Of a stretch of 44,615 nt of DNA, positions 9,606-23,332 are shown piece by piece (within the stretch, counting starts at the first letter, position 1; every line of letters begins with the position of its first letter). The notes beneath the pieces were generated by a model. That model was not told the DNA's origin. It was given only the letters and a program-made list of their open reading frames with translations, and searched no databases. Source of the DNA: Basidiobolus ranarum (Eukaryota). The DNA is taken from positions 1 to 44,615 of the forward strand of contig JASJQH010000029.1 of assembly GCA_040143965.1 (NCBI GenBank), in the 5' to 3' direction. A program made the translations under genes and the position numbers.

Positions 9606-11231
9606 ATGATACGTTTGACTTTACTAGTCTCCGTCCTCTCTGCCATTGCGACTACCTCTTCTGCTGGTGTGTTTCGTAGGGAAAATCTCGAACGCGTAAC
9701 TATCGTTCATACCAACGATCTTCATGCTCATCTGGATGAGTTCAATAAGTTTGGTACTGACTGTACTGCAGATCAGATAAAGAACCAACAATGTATGGGT
9801 GGAGTTGCTCGTCAAAAGACTGTGATTGACCGTCTTCGCAAGCAGTATCCAGACCTCTATTTATTTGACTCTGGAGATCAATTCCAAGGAACCCTCTTTT
9901 ACAACTTTTATAAAGGAAATGTCACTGCCCAAGCCATGAATCAACTCAAGTATGATCTCATGACCGTTGGAAATCATGAATTTGATGATGGTCCGGATCA
10001 TTTAGCCAAATTCATCAAGCAGTTGAATTTCCCAGTGGTAAGTTCCAACATTGATGCCCGAAAGGAACCTACTTTCAACAAGGCCGTCAGACCATACCAT
10101 ATTTTCCGTAAGCATAACCTAGGAGTTATTGGATACTTAACCAACACCACTGCCGCTATTGCTCCTAAAGCCTCTAACATCACCTTCTTCGACCCCGCTC
10201 CATACGTTCAAAAATACGTTAACGAATTGCGTAGGAAAGGAGTCAAGAAGATCATTTGTGTTAGTCACAATGGCTACCAGGAGGACTTGGATCTCGCTAG
10301 ACGTACTAAAGGAATTGACCTAATTGTCGGTGGACACAGTCACACCTTCCTCTCTAGTACCTGGAATGACCCCAACTATCTAGCGTCCAAGGGACCCTAC
10401 GCCACAAACGTGAAGAATCTAGACAATGAAAATACCTACGTTGTCCAAGCTTGGGCATGGGGAAGATATGTAGGTCACGTTGACTTATATTACGATAGAA
10501 AGGGAAAGATTGCTGCCATTGGTGGGGAGCCAATTTACCTGGACCAAAAGATACCCAAGGATCGTAAGCTTGAACGTCAGGTAAAAGAATGGCGCAAACC
10601 ATTCGATGCGTTTGCTGAAGTAATCGTTGGAAAGGCCTCGGATTCCTTTGATCAAGCTTCATGTCAAAGCAAGGAATGTACTGCAGGAAACCTAGTAACT
10701 GATGCTATGCTCTGGGGACGTCGTGAATCCCCAGATGTACGTTTTGCCTTAATTAACTCTGGTGGTATTAGAGCAGGAATTGCTGCTGGTGAAGTAAGAG
10801 TACGAGATGTAATAACCATCGCTCCATTTGGAAATGCTCTCTCTGATTTGAGTTTAACTGGAAAGCAAATAGTTACTATGTTAGAAGGAGTTGCTGGACG
10901 TACCAACACCGTATTCAACAAACCAGTCACCAGTTTCATTCAAGTTTCAGGATTGAAATTCACCATTAACTCTAGTGCCCCAGCGGGCTCCAAAGTTGGA
11001 AATGTGGAGATCTTGAGTAAAGATAAGAAATCTTTCGAACCCCTAAACTCGGATACTTCCTATCGTTTTGTAACCTTAGATTTCATTGTTTCCGGTGGTG
11101 ACAACATCTTACCCGTACCGGCATCCACTCCTGCACCTTTAGATACTCTTGACTCAGTCTTGACAAATTACATCAAAGAAAAGGGAACTGTCACTCCCTA
11201 TATCGATGGCCGGATCACCATCAAGGCCTAA
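9606..11231 (+). CDS. Secreted 5'-nucleotidase/UDP-sugar hydrolase (UshA/CD73 family), intronless
   Basis: Signal peptide; metallophosphoesterase motifs HTNDLH, DSGDQFQG, GNHEFD, SH and GGHSH; C-terminal 5'-nucleotidase domain (NSGGIRA, PFGN, QVSGL). Confidence 0.93.
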   Translation: MIRLTLLVSVLSAIATTSSAGVFRRENLERVTIVHTNDLHAHLDEFNKFGTDCTADQIKNQQCMGGVARQKTVIDRLRKQYPDLYLFDSGDQFQGTLFYNFYKGNVTAQAMNQLKYDLMTVGNHEFDDGPDHLAKFIKQLNFPVVSSNIDARKEPTFNKAVRPYHIFRKHNLGVIGYLTNTTAAIAPKASNITFFDPAPYVQKYVNELRRKGVKKIICVSHNGYQEDLDLARRTKGIDLIVGGHSHTFLSSTWNDPNYLASKGPYATNVKNLDNENTYVVQAWAWGRYVGHVDLYYDRKGKIAAIGGEPIYLDQKIPKDRKLERQVKEWRKPFDAFAEVIVGKASDSFDQASCQSKECTAGNLVTDAMLWGRRESPDVRFALINSGGIRAGIAAGEVRVRDVITIAPFGNALSDLSLTGKQIVTMLEGVAGRTNTVFNKPVTSFIQVSGLKFTINSSAPAGSKVGNVEILSKDKKSFEPLNSDTSYRFVTLDFIVSGGDNILPVPASTPAPLDTLDSVLTNYIKEKGTVTPYIDGRITIKA

Positions 11232-11416
11232 TCTCCCACCCCACCATCACTATTTGATACCACTAGCATTGTCAAAATAAACTACCGAATTCTTTATTAT
11301 CTTTGGATTCCAGTAATTTATTGAATAATAAATATTCAACATTATGATAATTTTAAAGAGCTGAAATAACGAAAACTACAAGGCAAGGGGGGTGAAGAAA
11401 TGGATGCACGAATTCT

Positions 11417-12200
11417 CTAATGCCAGAATTTCCCCACTCTCCAAGAGAAGATGACCACCACAGTAAGATAGGAGAACCAAATCAATAATACAAATCCGCT
11501 AGAAACATTAGCCCAAATCCAATTTGAAGCTAATCCGAATCCTATAACCGTCCATGTGAGTCCTAACACTAAGTAACCGAATTTTCTATGGAGTTTAAGG
11601 AATTTCTTCGTCTTCAACGTTGTTCCAAAGAGATTTGGGAAATAAACTAAAGAAGTTCCGAATATTCCTATCATTACGTAAGTAGTAGTTAGAATGATCC
11701 CCAATAGCCCGTGCCAACTGGTGAAATGCGCCTTCTTCAAGTCATTTTTATGTTGGAATATCATCAACAGTCCAATGAACAAACTTGAGATACCAAGTGT
11801 GTGTAAGATTTGATGAAAACGTATTAACTGTCTGGATTTAGGACGGACATTAGGAACCTGTAACTGTATGATGGCTTGGATATTGAGAATAATTAGTGGG
11901 AATATGGAATTGGCTCAGAGATAAGAATATACGCATACCTTCACTACAACATAGCATAAAGACGGTCATGAAAAGTGGATGTAAACTAAACAAAGAATAA
12001 TTACTAAAATAAATGACCGAGAACAGAATGACCCCAAAGGTGACCAGAGATACCCTTAAAGGTAACAAGAATGCGTTGCTAGAAAGGCTTTCTTCTTTGG
12101 GGAGGTCCTTATTAAGAAACCCGCTATTCTCTTCTAACTCACCGTTGTCGTCTAATACAAAGGGCTCCCTATTTCCGGTGGAGCTTGGCTTAGTGGTCAT
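11417..12200 (-). CDS. Cytochrome b561 domain membrane protein (CYB561D2-like)
   Basis: Two exons with the intron starting GTATGC at 11938. Transmembrane helices carry the heme-ligand motifs SLHPLFM, FHQILH, HFTSWHGLLG and LHRKFG. Confidence 0.85.
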
Positions 12201-12654
12201 AATAGATATATTAATTAAAGAAAAGATTAAAGAAATCCACAGTCTATTCAAAATTAACAATAACTCAAGGTAAAAGGAAGGATGTATGTTGTGGGTGATT
12301 CCTACAAGGGACCTTTCTAGCTTTTACTTTGAGCATCTTGACACAAATTGATTAAAGGGGGGATTCAAAACAATGATGAAACACACTAAACACATCCAGT
12401 GTTGGTGTATTACGAAGTCCACATGAACTTGATTCTCGTAATACCAGTCACTTGATTTAATTTATCGTGAAAGTGGCATCATATGATGATTATCATGACG
12501 AGAATATAGAGTTATAGGTAGAGAAGAATCGAGGCAGTTTCTCCAGATTATTTATTATGTTTTTTTACAGAATTTTTGGTAGGTGGAGGCATGACAAACA
12601 AATATGAATGGAGTAAGGTAGGGTGGGGTGAGAGATGAGGTGAGGTGAAATCCT

Positions 12655-15232
12655 CTATGAAATGTCGTTGGTACTTGTCATGGACGGTGTGGACCTAGAT
12701 GTGGTCGAATCGTCTACAGAAGAAGCACACGAAGACCATTCATGCATGGACAGTGTGTTAGTTTGATTGTTGGCCTTTTGAGCCACGGTCACCATTAATG
12801 ACGATGCGTTGGTAATAATGTTTGAATCAGTTACGGTGCTGGCGAGTACTAAGGACTCATTATTGCTTTCCGTAGGAGGTATCCGCTCACGATCCCGGAT
12901 CGCTATCATGAATCTAGTTAATCGGTCAATATCGATTTTGGAATTGGAATCGGAATCCTCTAATGTATGAAGTAAAGGGTCGAGCAATTCATCCACTTTA
13001 CCAACAGGAACATCACAACACGCCGCTATCAATTTTTTGTATTTCCCTTCAATTGGGCTGAGTGGTGGGGAGCCTTCAATCCTTGCTTCGGTTTCTGGTG
13101 ATCCGTGTGTTACTGAATGCAGTGATATGTGTGCTTGGACGTTAGGCGCAGCTGTGATGTATTTGCGGAGTTGCTCGTCTTTCTGCTTGAGTGTTCGTTC
13201 CAATTGACTCACCTTCATTTGCGCTTCGATCAAGCGGTTAGCCTGTGATTGGGATTCGCTCGCAACACGTCGGTTCTCCGAGAGTTCTTTGCTGATAACT
13301 TTGATATGTTGATTCATCTCACGTAATTGGCGTTTTTTGGCTCGGAGCTCTGTGGCATATACAGAATCAAGCTCTGTGGCCATATTCTGAACAGCTTAAA
13401 AAGATGGAAGAACTGGGGTTTAAAATTGGTTCGAATGATTCATTTGCAAAGATCAGTCAGTACCTTGAACAAACTCGAGGCATTGCTTTGAGGGGCCACT
13501 TTCTTCCCCATCTTCTGAATCCGAATTCATCTGGAAACTGGATAAATCCGGTAATCCATGTAAATCACTAGCGACAGACTCGATCTACATACAATAACGA
13601 AGATGGTTAGAAGCCAGGAAGATATCAAGTAGAGATCTTCATTGCTGCTTACCTTATCTTGAAGGTTCAAGGTGTCGGAGGTCTTCGTGATTTCCTTCAC
13701 TAATTCGATATCATTTGGTTTCGCACCATTTTTGTTGGAGATCTCTGGGTTTGCTCCAGCCTCTAGTAACAATTTTATCAAGCTTCTGGTATTCTGTCTA
13801 GCAGCAATATTTAATGCAGTATCCCCTTTTTTATCCTGTATGTCAAGTATATTTGGATATACGTTCGGATGCTCTGAAAGCCAATTCAGCACCGTTTCCA
13901 TATAATAATTGGCAGATAAAAGTCGACTCTTGGTATTCCCCATGGCGGCAATATGATGAAACACCGAACGTTGCTTGTGATCAGTAAGGGGTAGATTCTC
14001 TTGCAAGACCTCTAACATTTTGGGGAAAGTACGACGATCGTAGTTGTTCGTAACCAGAACCGCACGTATTAATGGAGATTCTTGATTGGTATTTAATCGC
14101 AGGCTATTAGCACCCTTACTTATCAATTGCTCAAGTACTTCAACATGACCTAAGGCGGCTGCCCAATGGACTGCACTGTGACCCTGTTCATCGATGGACA
14201 AATCGAAGCTGAACTCAGCTGGAGGGTCAGGTCTATTAAGGATTTCTGGCAACTCCGTTGGCTGATCGCTCATAAAGATCCCCATAAGAGCCGTTCTGTA
14301 AGGATCACTAGGGTTTGGAATTTCTTTAGCAGCATTGGAAATACGTCGGGAAGGAATAGTTTGAGAATGACCATTATTAGATATTGGTAGAATTGTAGGT
14401 GAACCATTTGGTTTGTTCTTTTTCCTTGGTGGCTCAGAAGTTCTATTATTCGAAGGAAATGGGGATTTTTCTCCCATTAAATTTGGATTCATCGTACTCT
14501 TCAAATTCTCCGATTTGGTACGCTTCAAAACGGGGCTTAGTGGGGGAACTGGGGGACTTTGTTTCCTCTTATGACTATTAATACTAGCAGTTTGGGATTT
14601 CTGAGCAGCAATAGCCTGTTCTCGGGCTTGCTCTTTCGTGGGGGTTTTATCTTTGGATCCATTGGCGGTTGGATTGTAGTATAACAATGGATGAAGACAT
14701 TCCTCAACTTCATATTGTTCGGCCAATTCCACCCCTCTTTCAAAAGGAACCCTAAAAATAAGGAAGAGAAAGTTAGAGTTTCATATTGCACTACGGTGAT
14801 ATTTTGAAGAACAGGATAAAGTCACTTCTCTGGTGAGTAGTAGTAATAAAGAAGGGGAAAGAAAAATGAGAATTGAATAAGAGATCTAAGTATACACCTG
14901 TCACCTCATCATAACATTTTTAACCGAGAAAAAAGGGTATATAGATAGATAGATAGGTAGATAATTCAATAAGTAAAAAATAAACTCTCATACCAAGTCC
15001 CTTGATATTTTCCGTAACCACCTTGAACTTTTTCGTGTGTACCGTGTAACACCTCTCGCTCCAAAATTTTCGTTCTTTTTCCTTTCTCGATTCCGGCTAC
15101 TTTAAGTATCTGTGTAGCGTTTAAATAAGAATCACAACGTCGACGCATGACTGCGATACCACGACACATCATTTCATAGACCGGAACCCCGGAATATACT
15201 GCAGAATATATCTTACTTATATCAAAGGACAT
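12655..15232 (-). CDS. G1/S cell-cycle transcription factor (Mbp1/Swi4/Res1-2 family): APSES/KilA-N domain, ankyrin repeats, coiled coil
   Basis: N-terminal [39 protein letters not shown]; ankyrin motifs [15 protein letters not shown] and [14 protein letters not shown]-terminal YKKLIAACC; three GT-AG introns. Confidence 0.9.
14941..14963. repeat. (ATAG)n microsatellite in the first intron of the APSES factor
   Basis: ATAGATAGATAGATAGGTAGATA. Confidence 0.7.
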
Positions 15233-16349
15233 AATATTGACAAAATAACGGAAACTCAACTATGAAATATGATAAGAAGAAAAATTCGAGTAAAAATGAC
15301 TATTCAAGAAGTTGGACGGTAAAGTTTGTATATACGAAGTGGGCACTTCTGGGGAAGTAAGAAAAAAGTTTTCGATAAAGAAAAGAAAAATTATAGCAAA
15401 AAAGTGACAAAGAAAAGGGGCAAAAGTCAAGTGTACTGAGAAAGCAAACTAGATAAGAACAGAACCAACGTACTAAAAGCGCAAGGGCACAAAGGATAAA
15501 CAAATCTAAGAATAAACTGAACAAGCGGGGTTGAATATGGGTTTTGTATATGTGAGGAAGCTGTTAGATTTTGAGGTCAAAGATTAGTTTAAAAGCCGTT
15601 ACTAAAGCTGTCCACATAGGGTGTGTGTTTACACGTACCCAAGGCGTTATCGTACCAAGGTGGAATGGTGAAACCTATTTGGTGGATGGAATCTTTGTTG
15701 TTGATCGTTGGATACACTCAAAAAACTGCCCTAAATTGGACATCCATTGAGTGGAGCGCAAAAAAGGGGTCGAAATAACTGATCCTCAAGAGATTCCAGA
15801 CATAGGATATCCACCGGAAACACGTGCCTGGGGTTTCCATCTTTGTCAAAGTTTTGATCAAAGCTCAGGTAGGTACACCAATGGGGACACGAATAAATGA
15901 AACGCACTGCATCCTTTTGTGCAGCGAATCACAATACTGCCCCTTGACAGGCAAAATTTGCTAACACTAGCTAAGTAATCACTAATTCTATCGATTGACA
16001 CCACTACTAACGGTCTTTCATGTATTTTTGACAAATGATTTGTTGGATTCCGGTGTGAACAGTTTCATTACGAGAAAAAGCCCTGTATTATGGATGTCCA
16101 TTGATCTATGATAAAGGCATTAGTAGAAATTAGTAGACGTCGTAAAACATCCCACCAAAGACTAGCCTTGACGCAAGTAGCCCATGTAACCAAATCACCG
16201 GTTCACGAGTTGTTCTGCGATCAACGTAAACTTTCAAGCATCTGGGAAAGAGGGAGTATTTATAGACAAAAAATGAGGTCCATATCCTTGATCCCCAAAA
16301 GAATGAGATCCCCACCTTTGCTTCTAGCCTGCCCATTCTACTTTCCGAT

Positions 16350-16905
16350 ATGGCTGAACCACTATGTATGTTCGTGGTAGTTCGTAAAGATCTTGTCAAG
16401 GTAATATAGCGGTCTACACTCCTATACAACTCTATATGTAGAGATATTAAGCGTGCTCATTTTGAATATGTTTAGTCTTTAGGATGGCCCTTAGGAAGGT
16501 GTGCATTTTTTATACTCTAATTTTATTATGAAGGCTTTGCTCAACATTTTCAAAAGTATCATCACTCAGGCGTGTCATGCTTCTACTGCTGCCTTATGGA
16601 CTTACAGGGAAGACCCTAGAACACAGGAATATGTGTCTAATCTAGATGGCATGCACAAAGTTGTTTTAGAGGTTAGTCCGGGTCAGAACTTTGAGAAATA
16701 CACTTGTACTAAAACTTGCTCTGGTTTCAAGACTAAGAATCTGAATGGGCTGAATACCGTCCAGGAGAAGTTAAAAGACTTGAATATCCCGTACAAAGAA
16801 TGGTTGGAACAACCCGAGAATATAGTCACTTGTCTCGCCACTGTACCAGTGCGTAAGAGTGAAGTTAAAGATGTCTTCAAAAAATGTCAATTATGGAAAA
16901 GTTAA
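16350..16905 (+). CDS. PTRHD1-like peptidyl-tRNA hydrolase II-fold protein
   Basis: Four exons (16350-16400, 16476-16498, 16557-16671, 16732-16905) give MAEPLCMFVVVRKDLVK-SLGWPLGS-IITQACHASTAALW...MHKVVLE-TKN...WLEQPENIVTCLATVP. Confidence 0.85.
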
Positions 16906-17249
16906 GCATAGAAGCAAAAATAAAAGATAGATTTGTTGGCTTCTGGAAATGAGTATAAGTTTTATTCGGAATGAATACAGTGATATGTACATCGATAGAA
17001 TTAGACTGAAGGCTGTTGCCTTACAGATTCTAGACCAAGATATAAGATCTAGGGAAAGGATCCCTGTGCAAGAATATAAATTGTTGATTTAAAAAAGCAT
17101 ATTATTGGAATGACAAGAGACGGGGCTTAAGGGGTGAGCCGTCGATTAAATCTTCCATACGAGCGGGATATTTACGGCCACGACTAGAGGGGAAGAAACC
17201 GTGGAGTTGAATTACGTGCAGAAAATCAATGTAGAGATGATCGAGAAAC

Positions 17250-18216
17250 TTACATGCACATTCCGAACTTAATCGCGGCAAGGTTAACTTTTCTCAGTGG
17301 TTTATCACTGACATCAAATGGATTGTTGGGGGACATTTGTGGACCCAAAAACTTAGTCGTTCTGATTTTGGTGGTTACCACCTCGACTTTAGGTTGTTGG
17401 TTGTGTTGCTCAATGGGCGTGATGGCTGATTGCTCCGAAACAGCAGAGGAGTATGATGCCAAAGAAGAGTTGTCAGACGATACATCCGAGTTTTCTGGAG
17501 GCATTGTGACAACAATCTCTGTCTTGGTCTCAAGCTGATCATCAACCACCTTGGAGTTTTTGAACACCATCTCTGTGTCCCACAAATAGCGTGGCTGACA
17601 TGGTAAATCAACATCTTTGATAATGTCCCAAATGCTAAAACACAAATATTTAGATCATTTCAAAGAGCACCCTCCCCCCAGTGGATAGTTACATATATTA
17701 GTGAATAGTTACCTTCTACATGCTTTCTCGGAGCTAAACATGATAAAAGGCGGATCACAATTAATAATTAGTTCCAAGCATCATTTGCCCATCACGAGAC
17801 TGAGATACATTGATTACTCACCTCAAATCAACCTTTTTCCTCTGGGTAACTATTCTTTTAACGTTAGGTAAGGCAGCCTCCGAAGTTATGTCGAACGGAT
17901 TCCCCGGTGAGCTTCTAAAGCTATTTACAAAGCGTGCAGTTTTTAGCGTATGTTCACCAGAGGTGGTTTTAACAGTAACCTCTTTTGACACTAGCTGATC
18001 AACTTCAGGAACGTTAGGAGCACCAGGCTCTTTAGTATCGGTTACCTCCTGTGAGTCTTTAGCTGCAGAAGAATCTATTGAGGTAGTCTCTGTTTCTTCC
18101 GGACATCCACACAAGTTCACTCGAGGTGGCGAAAAGTAGTCACCAACATAAAATGGGTTATTTCCGTGGTCAAGCTCAATGCCACGAGAAGGTTTTCCAC
18201 ATTGAATACATGCCAT
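17250..18216 (-). CDS. Uncharacterised protein with three NPF-containing repeats
   Basis: Exons 18216-17822, 17733-17713 (21-nt microexon) and 17634-17250 join in frame through canonical GT-AG sites. No recognisable domain. Confidence 0.65.
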
Positions 18217-19373
18217 TGCTAAATATCTGATACAGTCCACCGAGAAGTTAGGTTTGAAATAAGGGCGAAATATAAAGTATACGAACAGAAATATAATAAC
18301 CGGGCAATTCTATGCAATTAGGAACAACTTATATATAGGTGCTTTGCGGTACAGCTATCAAGGGTTTGAGAGAGTAACTTAAAGGGTAGGATATTTACTT
18401 GAAGAAGTGCCAGTACTGACTAGCGACTAACGTATCTGCTCTAGTAGGGAAAAAAGAATACTATCCAAGCAGCCCAACCGTGATAATGTTTTCAAATAGT
18501 TACTCGGAACATGGTTCAAAAGAATCGAGGGTTTTTTGTAAACAATCAGAAGGTGTAAACAAAGTAAATGAAGCTTGTGATCTAGACAGATCAGAAGCCC
18601 TTGATGATTCGAAACATTCCTAATATAGTGCTACCAATTTGTGATTAAACTTAGCAGAAACATGCCTCTAGTGATAGTGCGAATGGGTGCAGCAGTATGA
18701 AGGGGAGTGAACAGCTTAACAGCCCCGTGACACAATGAATACTCAACAAATCAACTCCTGACATAATGAGGTGATACAGAGCTTATTAGCGCTATCTGCA
18801 TCTCCATCCCTACGCCTAATGCTGCGAAAGCAAGTGATTAAAGCGGGTGAATTAAGCCAAGAATTAAACCATTTCCAGCATTATAAATGGGCATTTCTCG
18901 AGAATGTTTTCGAAGATAATAGACAAGAGTATTAAGAGAGTTACAAAATTCCATCGATAAATTTATTGGAATTTTTCGTTGGAATTAAATACTAAAAAGG
19001 GTTTTTTGTTTCCAAACTCGATTCTTGGTTTTTATCAGTTTCTTTACTCTCCCTTCTTCCAAGTATATATTTTCCCTTGGAGTTCGAAAACACTTCCATT
19101 TCGTACAGAACTATAGGTGTAACTGCGGACTAAAGAAAGAATTTGAGGAACTCGACATAGAAAAACTTCCCCCCTGTAGTTTTAGTACTCTCGCTGCTTT
19201 TTCAGTTATTTCAACGGGGAGTTTTTTCCAAGTGGAATTGGTTAGATCTATTCCTATTTTATCTCGTATCCCAAGAAAGTGGCTTGTTAAAATATTCTGT
19301 TCTTGTGTAGTTTTCGTTAACGCGTAAAACTCTACAATTCATAAAAGTCCTTTATTTCGCATCAACAAATCAC

Positions 19374-22300
19374 ATGACAGCTGCTCATAATTATTCATCA
19401 GACGAATCGTTACCTCCACTTTCCGGATATCCGGAGCAACAGAGAGCGATTATTTTCAGTCGTGATGGCAGAAAGTGTATGAATATAACTATCGCGAAAC
19501 CACCCACTCCCCCTTCCTTAAATATTGAGCCAGTGGATATTTTTTTAGACTCTTGTCCACCTCCTGTCCCTAGTTCTACTTCTACCAAAAAGAAGAAAAA
19601 GAAAACTAAGAGCAAGAAAAAAGGAGAAAACCTAGGTCAAACCGAACCTTCCTGCACCTCACAAAGTAAATCCGATGACGGTTTAAAAATCCTTCCCGAT
19701 TCTATGTCAATTCCAAATTGTGAGGAAACATCCATACAATCTATTTCTTTTTCCACAACAAATTGTTCCCTTCAACCAGATGAAGGAAACTTGAAAAAGA
19801 AAAAGAAAAAGGGTGAGGAGCTACCGGATCCACTTCTTCAGATACAATCTCATGCTCTCAATAACTTTCCTGACACTTCCAACGACGCCATTTGGAGTAG
19901 TGATAATAGCGAAGAACGTCAGCGAATTCGGGAATTCTGGCTGCATCTCGGCGAGGAAGAGCGGAGAGCATTAGTTAAAGTTGAGAAAGAAGCGGTTCTG
20001 CGGAGAATGAAAGAGGAAAGAGACCCTTGTCCTTGTACACGTTGCGGACAGAAAAGGTGCTTTGAGATTTTCAGATTTCTTTGCTTTTATTTTGTAGTTT
20101 AGCTGCCTCTAGTTATTCTCGTATATTCATCAAACCAATTTGGTGGGGGTGGATATAGGGAGAGGATCTAGTGACTTTATAACATTGTTACTGCTTATTC
20201 GCAAACTGTTAAAACATTCATTTATTATGTGTATAGGCAAGCTTTGGAAGATGAGCTAGAAGTCTTGTATGACGCATACTATGACGAACTCGAACAATAT
20301 GCCAATCATCAACAGCAATACCTTGCCTGTGAAAACCAGAGTGAGTGTAGTGAAGAAGAGTATGAAGTGGAGTTTGAGGAGGAAGAGGTAGTGGAGTATG
20401 AGGATAGCGACGACGAGGAAGAAGAAGAAGAGCACAATAGTGCTTACTTTGATCTTGGAGATAGCTTAAAAATCAAAGGTGACCTTTGTTTTCGAAACAA
20501 ACCATTTGGGATCATCAACTAATTCTCATTGCCCATTCCTTCAGGAGGTATACTTACTGTGGCCGACGATCTAATAAAAAACGATGGTAAACGATTCTTG
20601 GCTATGATGGAAAGACTTGCCAATCGGAGTGTGCGGAAGGAAGAAGACTCATCGGCAATTGATTCACGAGCTCGTGTACATCATGATATCGATTCACGTA
20701 GTCCGAGTATTGATGTGGAGATTAAGAGCGATGGTGACAGAGGCCCTGATGTATGTATACTAGAATGGAAGGTTGATTGCCGATCTCTTTTCTCATTAAT
20801 TTTGTCTACAGGGAGCGGGGAAAGAAGATCAATCGATTGACGAAAACAGACGAATGTTCCAAGTGTTTGCAGCTCGCATGTTTGAGCAAAGAGTATTGAC
20901 AGCATATCGTGAAAAGGTATGGATTATCTGCCAAAATCAATAAGATCGTCCCATATTAAACTAGAGATTTTAAATATTAGATTGCTCAAGATCGCCAACA
21001 AAAGTTGTTACAAGAGTTAGAGGAAGAGAATCGTCTACAAAGAGAGAAAGAGCAGCGTAAGCTAAAGAAGCAAGAGAAAAAGAAAGAGAAGAGAAGGTAT
21101 TTGCTTTTGTCATTAATAAAATCACTTTCAAACAATCGTTGACATTATATTTCATATGTTAGACAATTAAAGGAGCAAAAAGAACAAGAACGCCTAAAAA
21201 AGGAGGAGGAGCAGCGGTTAAAGGAAGAAGCTATCAAAATTCAACGTGAAGCCCAAAGAAAGAAAAAAGAAGAGGAGCGGTTGAAAAAAGAGGAGCAGAG
21301 AAAGCACGAAGAGCTCTTACGTCAAGAAACAGAAAGAAAAGCCAAAGCATTAGAGGAAAAGGCCCGCAAGGAGAAAGAAGCAAAGGAACTGGAAGAGAAG
21401 AATCGTCGAGAAGAAGAGGAGAGAAATGAAATGATAAAATCGCAAGCACAAAAAGCGAAGCTATCTCTCGAAGCTCCTGTACAAGCACCAACAACACCCA
21501 GCTCACCTCAACCATCAGTAATCAGCGATAACAGGCGCTTTGTCAGTGAAACAGTTTCTGAACCCTTTTCCACTTCGCAATTGAATCTTGACTCGATCAT
21601 CCTTAATGGTGGGTCTCCGGTACGGCCCTATTATCAGATGTCACAAGTACCCTATAATTCTACTGGCTTCTTCCCAACCACCCCTTCCAATGGTTCCTCT
21701 CCTATATACAAGCAGAATAGAGCATCAACTGAATCAGAGAGCGTTACTCGTAAACTTTCTGAACTAACTCTACAGTCGTGTTTATCTGCAGGCGTGGAGC
21801 CTGGCTTTAAATCTCAACTTGATGAACCGGAATCTGCTTCTAAAGCAAGTAATATCAGTGACTCTGATCAAAAGCGAGCCTCTATTTCTTCTGCTACACT
21901 AGAGTCAATCTTTGCACCTCCAAATTCTTCCATAGGTGCTGGAGCTTCATCCAACAGTCATTTTCCCTTGGGGGTTAACACTACCCTTCCCTTTTCTTTA
22001 AGTAGACCTACTTCTCATCCTCTCAATGATGCAGTTATATGTTCAACAACAAATGCGAACTCAGGTCATAGTAAAGAAGTTCCTAATGGTGCTAGTTCGA
22101 ATAATGTACCATCAGAATTCGAAGAACTCCCTTCTAAGATAATTCGTCCTCCGCAATCGAAAGTGATCGCAAGACCGTCTCCAATACAGCAACCTAGGAG
22201 CTTGCCTACTTCATCTGAGTACTCTCACTTATCTTCCCCTAGTATAGCATCTTTTGGCTTACCAAAGGTATGGAATACCGAAACCGACAGTCCTCCAGTT

Positions 22301-23332
22301 TCACACCCCTCTCCTGCAACATCGCCTATAAGCCAACCTTCTTCATTGTTCTCTGGGCCTTTATTTGGTTCTCTAATTGGTAGATCATTTATTTGAGTTT
22401 GTTTTTGGACCATTCACTAATATATCCTGTAGACAAACAATCTTCTGCTCCCAATCAACCTCAATCGTTTGACTCGACTCCATTGCCTTCGTCATCCCTT
22501 CCTATGCCAGGATATAGTCCAATGGGCCATGGCTGGAGCACTTCTCCAAATGCACCTGGCAACTCCGAGTTATTTAGGAAAGAAGTGGGATTAGATTGGG
22601 GATCCAGACAAGGTACTGTATTATTGACGTCATATGCATGGATATCATGCTAACATGGGTATAGCTCTGTGGTTTTCACATTCTCTAGTTCCTCAAGCGT
22701 ATAGCGATAGTTCGTTAGGATATATACAAGATCCCATGGTATGTGTGACCTTCAGCCCAATTCTATGGATTGTACTAACAGAGTTTCATCTGCATACTTA
22801 GGTCCTTCTATGGGATCAAATTCGGCAGTCCTATTATCATTTGGAATCAGCGCTTGGTACTCACAAGCCACATCCACCAAATCCATCAAATCTTTATTCT
22901 TTAACAGAGTTGAAGCATACACACCTGGAGCTGTTTGGAGAAAGTACAATTGATGAAGCTAAGATCTTCGAAGCTTGCCAAGTCGGAAACCGTTGGAGTC
23001 AATCTGCTGGGCAAGGCCTCTTCATCTTCAAGCAAGATCCGTCACAACCCAATATTATATTGGCACGGTTTGAAGAACCAATCGCAACTCCCCTTCGGCA
23101 ACCGCCAGTCCTAAACCCATCCTCTCTCCCCCGAAACGTCATCCCTATAGCGCACCCGCTCAACACGCATGCTGGATTGTACAGTAATGCCTATCTCGAT
23201 AGTGTTGTGCCGCATAATTTCCCCTCCTCAAGCAGCAATGCCAGTATATTTGGTCACCTTTCCTCAACGTCATCTCGGAAAGTGAATGGATCATCCAATG
23301 TTGACATCGGAGTCAATGGTGTACTGTCGTAG
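19374..23332 (+). CDS. NST1: Stress response protein Nst1
   Basis: Conserved Nst1 blocks [85 protein letters not shown] and [21 protein letters not shown], followed by a coiled coil and a Ser/Pro-rich tail. Multi-exon; the 3' exon boundaries are less certain. Confidence 0.85.
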
